From positions 128,935 to 192,934 of the forward strand of contig NMRA01000186.1 of NCBI GenBank assembly GCA_002633005.1: a stretch of 64,000 nt of DNA, written 5' to 3'. Below, piece after piece: positions 13,133 through 23,635 of the stretch (the stretch's first letter is position 1; each line of letters starts with the position of its first letter). Made by a program: the position numbers and the translations under genes. The notes beneath the pieces were generated by a model that worked only from the letters and a program-made list of their open reading frames with translations, ran no database searches and was not told the DNA's origin. The DNA comes from Phoronis australis. Lineage: Eukaryota > Animalia > Phoronida.

Positions 13133-14836
13133 AACAAGAGCAACGTAGAGCGTTGAAATGCGCCCACGAATGTATCGCAAATAGTGTGCTTTTAGGGTTA
13201 TTTATTTGTATCATAAAAATGGCCACTAGATGGCACAAAAACGTACAATCCATCCAAAAACGGGAACATGCCATATTTCATAAAAATCTGTCAAGGAACT
13301 TCAGAGAAACAAAGGAAAACAGAACAAAATGAAATTGCAACTTGTGGGCACAGCGTCCGTTCCATCCGCATGAAAGTTGTGGTCTGTTACCTTCATATAT
13401 ATCTATTTACTAAATTTAATGAAGATCTTGCAGTGGATTTTGGAGATACAGCTATGGGCGCAAAACAAAACGAAACTACCACTAGGAGGTGCCACAGTAG
13501 TCAGTCACCATCATCAAACGTCCTCTTCACACTGAAAACATATATGCCAATTTTGAAAATCATCCCTAGAATGATTTGGTTGATCGAGGGGGGACACCAA
13601 AAACAAGATTTTACTTTGAAAACAGCAAAAATGGCTACCTCAATTCCATCCAAAAACAGGAAGATACCGTCATCTCACCAATAGATGCCTATATTCAAAA
13701 TTTTATGAAAATCTGTTGGGGACCTTTGAAGCTACAGACTGGTAAACGTAAAAAACAAAAATTGCCACTAGGGGGCACACCAGAAGTCAGATCCGTCCGA
13801 AAGTCATCGTTGTCCATTGTCAACATCATATAATACGCTAGCTAAATTAAGTAAAGATCCTGCAAACGGTTTAAAAGATACAGCCAAGAGCACAAAAAAA
13901 CAAAACTGCCACTAGGATGCGCCACAGTAGTCGAACTCGTGGGAAAATCGTCATCAGCCGTCCACTTCATAGTAAAAACATACAGGCAAATTTTCACAAT
14001 TATCCCGAAAGCGGTTTGGTTGATAGACGAGTGGACACCAAAAACTGACTAAAAAACAGTAAAAATGGCCACTAGGTGGCGCAAACTAGGTCGAATCCAT
14101 CTGAAAACGGAGAGATAACATCACCTCATTAACAGATGCCTGTATGCCAAATTTTATGAAAATACGTTGAGGACCTTTGAACATAGAGAGGTAAATGTAA
14201 AAAAATAAAATTGCCACTAGGTGGCACACCAGTAGTCATATCTGTCTGAAAGTCGTCGTCCTCCGTTGTTAACATCATATAAATATATTTACTAAATTTA
14301 GTAAAGATCCTGTGAACAGTTTAGGGGATATAGCCATAGGCACAAAAAAAACGCCACTAGGAGGCACCACAGTAGTCGAAGTCGGAAAATCATCGTCAGC
14401 CGTCCACTTTATAGTAAGAACATACATGCCAATTTTCCTAATCATCCTTTGAGCGGTTTGGTTGATAGAGGGGTGGACTCGAAAACAGTAAAAATGGCCA
14501 CTAGGTGGTGCAAACTACGTCAAATCCATCTGAAAACGTGAGGATAGCGTCATCCCACTAATAGGTGTCTATATACCAAATTTTATGAAAATCCGTTCAG
14601 GACTTTTGAAGATACAAGGGTAAACATAAAAAACTAAAATTGCCACTAGGGGCACACCGGTAGTCGGATCCGTCCGAAAGTTTGCTCATGCTGTCCCGTC
14701 CACGGAAGGAACACATGTGCACAATTTCATAACATACGTGAAGGCGTTTTGGAGATAGAGCAGCGGACGCCAGCCGGACGCCGGACGGACATGACGGCAT
14801 AATGCGTCCACAAATACATATGTGGGCGTATAAAAA
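13133..14836 (-). mobile_element. Helentron/DINE-like non-autonomous element with internal tandem array
   Basis: Minus strand starts TTTTTATACGCCCAC followed by a hairpin and a GTCC-type microsatellite, and ends CTCTTGTT; subTIR CGCCCAC..ATGTAT at 13161 and 14814-14828; internal subunits of about 140 bp. Confidence 0.75.
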
Positions 14837-15307
14837 TGAAACACTGAAATACTACACATTCAACTGCAGTCTACATTGACACTTAAAGGGGAAAGCAATC
14901 ATTCTTGATATTACCTAGTAAACATACAGATCATGGTCATCTTATGCAGATGTTTTCTGTATTAATTACTAAGCCGTTCTCTTAGCAAGTCTTGTAGAAA
15001 GTGAAGGAAATGGCTCACGTCATGCTTCTCCGATTAATTTTAATCAGGAAACATAATGTCCAACACCCCACTAAACGGCCTTTGGGGGTCGTTTGAGTTT
15101 GCTCAGTGGAAGTGAACACAGAACCATGCTGCTGACCGTTTGCTCAGTCATTTACGTCACTATCTGTTTTACAGAACAGTAATTTTGACACTGTAGTCAC
15201 TTGTGGGTCCTGCATTTTGAGAACCAGTTTTGTCCACTAAATAATGGGAATCGCACTGGATCTCAAAATCCCTGTAATAGTAACTTTTGCTGCCACATCA
15301 ACTGTAC

Positions 15308-15441
15308 CTGGATGGCTATGTTCTCTCAAGTGTTGCACCAGCCGTAGCAGTAAGAATGGCAGCATCAGCTCTGCCACACACAGTAGGTCTGACGGTACTG
15401 ACTTGACTTGTCCGCGGTGAGGACCATGACGACTGCAGAAA
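15308..15441 (-). CDS. UBR3: UBR3 exon 3
   Basis: (G)FCSRHGPH...VPSDLLCVAELMLPFLLLRLVQHLREHSHP completes the UBR box; phase-compatible splice sites. Confidence 0.92.
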
Positions 15442-15909
15442 CTGTGTTGAAGAAACGCAGGCAAATGAGGAGTTGGGATGAACAAGGACAAATCTAATAG
15501 ACAATTGCACAGGTAGGTAAACTGCCCATGAAGGAGACAATGCAAAATTGTCAAATGGAAGCAATGATAAAATAACAAAATACAATAATCAAAGCAATTG
15601 GAATTGCAAACAAAAAAAATAAGGAATATTAGATAATTAGCCAATCATTGAAGCACGTGCAGTTCGAACTTGTTCATTGATTGAGTGAGCACGCAAAATA
15701 ATGTTTTGACATTTGACGTGCAAGAGAATGTTGACTTATGACCTCCTTCCCACCAGGTCGCCTTGACTATGACACCTCCAAGTCATTACTTCTATAGCTC
15801 TACAAAACACCTATTTGCCATCTGGACTGAGCATTTCTTGATGGAATAAGGAATTATTAAAGTGTTTTACAGTAGAACACCTCACATCATCATTTTTGCC
15901 TTCTCCATA

Positions 15910-17292
15910 CAGGGCTCAACACTCGTCTAACGGTTGCCCGATTGCCCGTGTACATGAAGATTTTGCGTCGGGCAAGTGGAATTTGAAAAGTACTTGCCCG
16001 ATGGGCAAGTTAAAAAGCTAGCCACATAGACAAGTAGATCCTAAGATTGTCTGCTCGACATTTGCTCCAAAGTAACGAACCCCGACACAAGCCTAAAAAC
16101 CGTCGAAAAAGTCCCTGTTGCCGTCAAAGAAACTCCCGTCTTCGAATGAGGACCGAAAGGAAAATAGATCGAGTGTTATGCAGCGTGCACAGATGACACT
16201 CGCGGTCATATCCTTTCGATTCTCTGAACGTGCCCTGCAGTTTCTGAATAAGTTGTCACGTGATACTACTGATCGTCTGCACTCTGGCAAAACGTCTTAA
16301 CATGGAAGCCGTCCAGGCCTGGACGGCATTGGTTTAGTTGCTAAAAAACAAGTTCAGGAAGAATCAAAGCAATAATATGAAACGAAAAAAGTGCGGGGAT
16401 GGGTTCCGTCATGGGAAATTAGGTTTTCTGGCCTGCGAGACAGTGAACAATGGACGACATTTGATTTTTGCCGGCGTTTACCCATGTACAGCTGGAAGCA
16501 CCGCGTTCGTCAGCGGATGTAAGTCATACAGATAAGCGCAAAAGCTAAAAAGTGAAGGATTGACGACATATTTTCTACACTACACAGCAGTTTAAAAGGC
16601 CTGGTATTTATTCAGGGGGAATTCCAAAGGACATTCTTATGAATTCCCGGCTCCCGGTGGCGACTCCCGAAAGAAGAGGAATACGATACGGTCTTCGGGA
16701 TTGCCGTTCTGAAGTCTGAAGGGTGACTTTTTCGCGGTCTATCTGTTTTTCAAAAATGTAATTATTTATTGAAAATAAAAGTATATGTGGCATTATTATA
16801 TGTTTAAATTTGATTTTAATTTAATACAAGGTACCGATGACCAAAACTGTGCAAGATTTTTACGGATAGCAAAAATTGAAATTCAGGTTAGCAACAACTC
16901 AAGTTTAATGCATAAGGGCGTATAAACTAATGAATACGCAGAAGTGTCGAGAGTTCATGCCCTAGCTCATTTCGGCGCCTGTGAATGTGTGACAATGGTT
17001 CAGATACCATAGTTACTCTTCTAATTTGTCTCTCTAGTGTTTTGACACACCTTATAAATAAATGTTCTATAAGAAGAATCGTTAAAAAAATAGTAACTCA
17101 TGTATGTAGCGTGCACAACACAAGAGGAGGCTCAGCACAAACAGCCCTACGGTAACACATTACCTAGGTGTGCACATGCGCGGTGCTATTTGGGATTGTA
17201 CTTGGGGCAAGTGAATTCGTTGTTCGGGCAAGTAAAAATTTCAACTACTTGCCCGAAGGGCAAGTGGCTTCAAAAGTTAATGTTGAGCCCTG
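15910..17292. mobile_element. Non-autonomous hAT-like element with 5-bp TSD
   Basis: TIR CAGGGCTCAACA...TGTTGAGCCCTG; CCATA on both flanks; subterminal TTGCCCG/CGGGCAA repeats. Confidence 0.85.
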
Positions 17293-17449
17293 CCATATAT
17301 GACTATAAACGTGACATTTGCACAGCCAATTTGAAAGAGAATACGACCTGTGAATGACATAAAAATGTCAGCATTTTAAACTTATGACACAACTTTCAAG
17401 TCAAATCAACTAGCAACACAGTCGCTGAGTCGATAAAGCTTCAACCTAC

Positions 17450-17663
17450 CCAGCTTCATTCATGACGCTGACATCACCACAGTCACAAGCGCCCCCTGCC
17501 TGGCTACGAAACATGTTGAAGTCATGACCTTCATGATTACCAGCCAAGAAACAGTCAGCGCATAATGACATGCAAGGTGAAATGCCACAGGTGCGACACC
17601 TGTAGGCGACAAAGTTGGCTGTCCACACCAAGCCACATGTTGTAGCACTGTCATAAACACGGA
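17450..17663 (-). CDS. UBR3: UBR3 exon 2 (UBR-box zinc finger)
   Basis: [39 protein letters not shown]...[18 protein letters not shown] is the UBR3-type UBR box; AG/GT boundaries. Confidence 0.96.
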
Positions 17664-17849
17664 CTGTAATAGAAGAAACACATCATTATAAATGAATAGC
17701 CCACTAGTAGGTTTCCACAAGTGTATCATTACATTCTTACATAAAGTGTATGTATACAAGCAGTCACATAATATTTATGTTTAGTTTCAATGTATGTTTG
17801 GTACCTGATAAAACCAGATCAATAAACATCCCTAAACACTTAGATGGCA

Positions 17850-18370
17850 CAGAATACATCGGACCTCTCCGAAAATGGGAAGGCGTCTATAGGGAACAAT
17901 TTCTTACATTTCATGAAAATTCGTCAAAGAACCTCAAAGACTATAGAGGTCAATATGAAAAACCAAATTGCCATTAGGAGGTAAAGCAGTAGACCCAACC
18001 CGATCATCTGCTGTCAAGTTAATAGGGAATTTGCTTGCCAAACTTCCAGATCTTGCAAGGGGGTTTAGGAGACAGCCACAGATGCTAAAAACAACACTAG
18101 GGGACACCTCAGTAGTTGGACCCACCTGAAAATGTACGTCAGTCATGCTTGTCAGCAGAGACAAATCTGCCAATTTTTATAAAGATCCTCTGAGTGGTTT
18201 GGAGTACACGGTGGCAGGCGATTCAAGAATAACAAAAATGACCAATAGGCTCCACATGATACGTTGAATCCATCTCAAAATAAAACAGCATCATTGCCTC
18301 CTTAATAGATACCCAAAAAATGACTTGAACATTTTTGAAACACCCATTGAGTGGCGCAGAATACATCAAA
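17850..18370. repeat. Degenerate copy of the 13.2-14.7 kb array unit
   Basis: Similar motifs TTGCCATTAGGAGG, CACTAGGGGACAC, AAAGATCCT, GAATCCATCTCAAAA. Confidence 0.55.
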
Positions 18371-19470
18371 CCTGTCAAAAAATCCACAAAATAACGCAAT
18401 TCGCTATAAACTATGAGTGCTGTTCACTTTTTCCAACTGAATACTGAAGTGGTAACGGCTTGCTACTGCACAATTTCATGATTTTTAATACACGATATTC
18501 GAAACAAAGTGAAGTTTATCAGTAATTTTTACTGTTGCAGCTTTTTCTGTAAGTATTCACATTAATGGCATTCACAATTCTTGGTTTAGGCTTAAGAGGT
18601 ATCCAAAGAGTCAATAAGCTAATGAGAAAGCCAGATTAAGACATACAATTTGCCAAATAGCTTCCTGCATACAAGGAGTATTAGATGTAGTAGTTGGCAC
18701 ATCTAGCACTGCAGTAATGCCACAAAGTTGTGTACAGCAGTGGAGAATCTGATGAAAGGCTTCTCCTAATTCCATTGGACTGGAAGGAGTGTAGGAGTGT
18801 AGAGAATCTGCATTGACACTCTCAGCTATTAGGTGTGTTTAGTGCACTTGGCTTTATGGCATTCACATTTTGGTCAACTGGCTTAGTTATTGATCCAGGC
18901 GTCATGGATTCGATTGCCAGGACTAGAAGGAATATTTAGATATATATTTATACATGCATGACATGTTCATACATATATTCATATGATGTCAGATCTCCTG
19001 GCACAAGCAGAGTAAAAATGGCCAACTTGGGCACACTGAACGAAAAAAGTTTAATTACAAGTCTTTTGTTCGAGTTGGATAGAATTGAAGACAGTGATGG
19101 CCTCCAAAGGTGTTTCTCTATGCGCAAAAGATACTTATAGTAATGTGACTTTGACGGTTTAATCAGTGCAAGTCATAATTCGCCAAAAAGCTTCCGGCGT
19201 ATGAAGGTCTCTACAGCTAAGTAGAGACGAAAGGGCAATAGTCGGATATGTGGGTTCTTGATTTAAAATAGATTTGAGAACAAGTTACCACTGAATAACG
19301 GGCGACCCGTGTATCTGACTATTACCGACAGGAAAAGGGAGTGAGAGCGCTCTTCTGGCACCTGTTTCCCTCATCACAGTAACATGTGCAACAAAGTCAA
19401 AACAGACGTCAGCTTTCAGCCAACCTCAGCAAAAATGGCGAGTGTCATAATGAGGTGAATGTGCAGTGCG

Positions 19471-20021
19471 TGTAGTAGCCTACTTATTTGCTCGCATACG
19501 GGCAATTGCTCTTGGGTCGACTAGTGGACTGTCTGGCATTGAAGCAATTGGTACCAGGTTCGAAGCTTGGACTAGCAATATGATTTTTCACCACATTGGC
19601 GCCCAACAATGGTGCATACTCACGATGGCAGAAAGGGACCGCGTAAAAATGGAGTAAATGCCAGTAAACGGTCCCTCTTCAAATGGCTGCAGTGAAACTG
19701 GTTCCCGGTAGTCATTTTGAAGAGCGACCTATATACTCCACGTTTACCAGGGACCACACAGCCTCCTGACTTTGATAGTGACATAATGGATGAGAAGGCA
19801 GATGTAGAGGGTGCCGATCTGATGTTGAGTTCCTGGTGCGTGACCCCTAACCAGGCATCTGGTGTCGTGGTGAATCTGCACTGCAGTGAGTGTAGTAATA
19901 TAAAAGCCTCTCTTAATCACTTGCCAACGGGCAATTGCTCTTTGGTCGACTGGTTAGGACGCTTGGCATTGAAAAAAGAAGTACCGGGTTCAAAACTTGG
20001 ACAAGGGGATTTTTCACAACA
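19471..20021 (+). mobile_element. TRIM-like mini LTR element with tRNA-like LTRs
   Basis: Two related direct repeats of about 125-130 bp (19471-19595, 19891-20021), each TGTAGTA...ACA with pol III A and B boxes; PBS TGGCGCCCAAC (tRNA-Lys type) at 19597. Confidence 0.72.
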
Positions 20022-20053
20022 ATCACTATCACCACACGCAAACCCTGGCAAAC

Positions 20054-20264
20054 CTGTTTTGGAAAATTCGTCGTAAGTCATTCCTCCAGAAATAATCCAT
20101 TTGCACCAGTCAATAGCTTCAAAATTGTCAATGGGATTTAGAGGATTCAATATATGCTCTATAAGTTCACACAACTGCTGCCGATCACTATCTCGGCTGC
20201 ATTCACCCTTAACATAGAGGGCCAGTTCTCGTTTCCCCCTTTTCATTAATACGTGGGTTGCCAT
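20054..20264 (-). CDS. UBR3: E3 ubiquitin ligase UBR3, coding exon 1
   Basis: ATG at 20264, MATHVLMKRGKR...IDWCKWIISGGMTYDEFSKT; GT donor at 20053 (phase 1) joins in frame to the UBR-box exon. Confidence 0.88.
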
Positions 20265-20678
20265 TTTGGAATTTACATGTCAACCGGTCATATTGACTAA
20301 TAATATAATGAAATAAATAACAGCTAAAATATTACTGTTTCAGAGACATGGTTTATCTTTTTCTACACTTGTTTTAAGTAAAGTGTTTCACTAACAGTTA
20401 TTTTTCTTTATAGGCATGTATTTATTTAGAAAACCTGCCGTCTTGCTCATCACTCCTTTTGTTGATTTTGGAACTTACCATAGACATGTCTATATGGTGG
20501 AAACCAATGAGCTATTTTAGCTCATGTAATTGGTGTCGGGAAATGTTCAGTATATAAGTTTCTTCTCAGTGCTGGCTTCCGAATCAGCCGAGCACCAACG
20601 TACCAAAATATCTCACATGGGTCAAACTACTGGCAGCCGCCTCACTGAGTTGCAATTGCGTCATTTTACTGAGTACAC

Positions 20679-23635
20679 CAGTGGCGGATCTACGGGGGGG
20701 GGTCAGGGGGTTTAAACCCCCGCCTCGGGCCTGGACCCAAAAATTTAAAAAAAAACAAAAACATCTCCAGCAAAACAAAAACGGCACCGCCAGCGTTTGT
20801 AAACCCATGCAGAGTAAACCAACTTGGAAAAAATGAGGGGAGGATCGACGGGTTCACTCTGAACTTTGCATTGTGAATTGCTGTTATGAAAATCAACGCG
20901 TTTCGAGTCTTCGTAGCTCATCGACAAAACGCGCGGAGAGATCAGTTGTGCGCGCGCTTGACACCTCTGAAGTAGCTAAGCATTTTACATGGATCCATCG
21001 CTGAAAGAGCAGGGGGCTGTTCCAAGAAACTGACTTAAGTTCATTTTTGACTTAAGTCTAAGATTTGTCTTAATTTCCAAACTTTGAAACTTCCACATTT
21101 GGAAAGTTACTCAAAATTAAGACAAAACTTGGCTCATACACTTAAGTCAAACTTAAGATCTCTTTCTTGATTTGGTTTTGAGACAAATTTAACTTTTATT
21201 TTAAAATTTACTAAAATTTAAGATTTGTCTTAGCTAAGTCAGTTTTGTTGGAACGGGCCCCAGCTCTATAGCTGATTTCTTTAGGTAACTAGTTTCTTTA
21301 CTCTAAGATATGTTTTGATTTGATTAGGGGAAAGTGGTGCCGCAACCCAGTGATATTCAGGCGAATTGACGGGCAACGTTTTTACCTCATCTGTCATGCC
21401 GTGTCATCCTATTACACCCCACACGTTTGTAACTCGAATTTGACTGGTGTATTGAGTTGTCTTGCGCAATGTCATACAGTGTACATGTACATGTAATACT
21501 TTTGAAAAAAACTCGTTTTCCGAAGAATTGCTATTGTGGCGGGCGCCGTGGTCTGGTCGCGAGTCTGTTTGAAGATCATGACACTCTATGTCTATACAAG
21601 GAATGATCAAGGGGGCACTCACATTGACAAAGTGACCTCATTCGCGAACAGTGTACAGTACCAGAAATTGCGGGGAGACTGTATTTTCACAACAAAGTCT
21701 TGCGGGACTCGTGCGATGTTCAACTGATGGGCCTTCGAAGGAGCCCTAGTGCCGACCTCAACACCAGCTACCGTCTTTCTACCTACAATAAGCACCACTG
21801 AGGTTTTCTATTCTGGGGAATTCCCGCAGAAAGGCCCACCCGACGAAACGCCCATGCCCATGGGCATTTATTTGATGTTGAGTACTTCGGGTTTCAAGCG
21901 TTCACACATTGGGAAGTTTATTTCGAAAATTGCAAGAGATGCAAATGGGTCCTGGGATACATCGTCAAGGTTTGAAGTAGTCCATGATGAACAGAACAAA
22001 TTTAGTTACACATGCTGTAAGTCTTTTGAATGGACTTGGTAACCTCAGGGGGCTTAGTGCCAACTGAGCTGCGAAACCAGATGCTGCATTGTAGAGGTGG
22101 ACAAGCTCATTGACACAGCAGTCAACGAAGCGCAAGCGTTGGGAACAAACGTCGAAGATGTCTGGGTAGAATGGTTCTAAGACAAGCAAACCACTGGATC
22201 CGATATACAGATTCCTCGGCAGTCTAGACAGCAGGAAGATTGGACCAACGTTCCTGGCGAAACACCCAGGTAATAAGTTATAATTATTCACAGTTTGTAA
22301 TAATGTCGGTTTTTTATGCTTGTGTACAATGAAAACGAAATAGACATTATTTTTAGACATGCCAAATTTACCCAGTACACCAGAGGGTCTACGAGCGCAC
22401 AGAAACTGATTCTGGTTTGTATTTCCACATGAGTCTATTTGCTTCATATCCAAAATCTTATTTCCCGTAGTGCGTAGTTAAATCTGTACCCAATACTTGT
22501 TTCTTCTAGTGAGTACTACAGAACGGTGCGAAAACCCTTCTTGATAACCTCTCGCAACAGTTGACCACCAGATGTGTAAACTACACGTACGAGCAACCAC
22601 TGGGGATTAAAACGTGTCTAGAGAGAAGTTTTCAATTCAAAATTTTTTTGCATTACGGTACACTTCAGGTCTCGCGACGGACCAGGCCAGCTTGATTTGT
22701 GAAGATGTTGAGTTTCAGTGTACTTCTGGTCCCTCGGCGAACTAGTCTTGTGATTTTTTTACCAAAGTGTGCTTTGTAAAACTATTTATCTCAGCCAGTA
22801 TTGTTTGGTCCCGCGACAGATCGACTCTTGGTCTAGTGACGGACCAGGTCAGCCTTTTTGTGTACTCTCAGTGTACATCTGGTCGCTCTGCAAACTAGTC
22901 CAGTATATCTTTTCACCACTGTGCACAGGATGTTTTGGTTTCGTGAAGCTGTTTTCAGATGATTTGTTTCCTGATACATTTGACGTTTTTCAATTGTTGT
23001 CAACGTGATTCAGCTTAATAAAGTGATACTTAATTATTTATTGTCGCTTTTAAGACTATGAGCTGAGAGCACCATCGTTCGCCAGTTTTTCTCATAACGA
23101 GACAGAACAGTACATGTTTATTTCCGGACCCAGTACAGGTCTTCGTTCTTCAACAACTTTAGGCTGCTGTTACGCGATCATCTGATATTCAAGTTTTAGT
23201 TACGCCCTGTCGGTGCTCCTTATGCTCTTGAATATTTGGAAGTTGTCTAAATCCCTGTATACACACCACACTTTTTCGTATACAACTTTTCGTCTGCTAA
23301 AAAGGTGTGTAAGCAGATGTTCCAACAAAAAAATGCTGGTGGCGTGACTCATACCCAAATGTGCGCAATTTGGTTTCACGAAACTTATGAGCCAAGTTCA
23401 TGTGACGAAATCGAGAAGGGTTTTTAATTATCTTAAGAAAAACTCAAGAGACATGTGCCAGAAACTTACCAGGATGCATGCATATTTCACTATTTGGCTA
23501 CAAAAACAAAATATTTCATACACGGGAGGGGGAACCGGCCTCCCGACCTCCTCCCGCTCGGCGCCACGCGCTAAAGATTCGATCTTTGCGTGAATCCTAA
23601 ACCCCTCTCTTACTGAAAACGTAGATCCGCCACTG
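20679..23635 (+). mobile_element. Decayed hAT transposon with transposase pseudogene
   Basis: TIR CAGTGGCGGATCTACG...CGTAGATCCGCCACTG; broken peptides LGNLRGLSAN, IQIPRQSRQQEDWTNVPGETP, EYYRT..PFLDNLSQQLTTR, DDLFPDTFDVFQLLST match the hAT (ZMYM/PRKRIR-like) C-terminal half; TSD not preserved. Confidence 0.8.
21013..21260. mobile_element. Harbinger-like MITE nested in the hAT element
   Basis: TIR GGGGCTGTTCCAAGAAACTGACTTA / CTAAGTCAGTTTTGTTGGAACGGGCCC; CAG on both flanks. Confidence 0.7.

Noticed and set aside
13268-13833. 138-aa and 85-aa ORFs
   Set aside because: They lie within the non-coding tandem array and have no protein motifs
18745-18800. CTGATGA as a second hammerhead core
   Set aside because: No stem II closed by GAAA follows it
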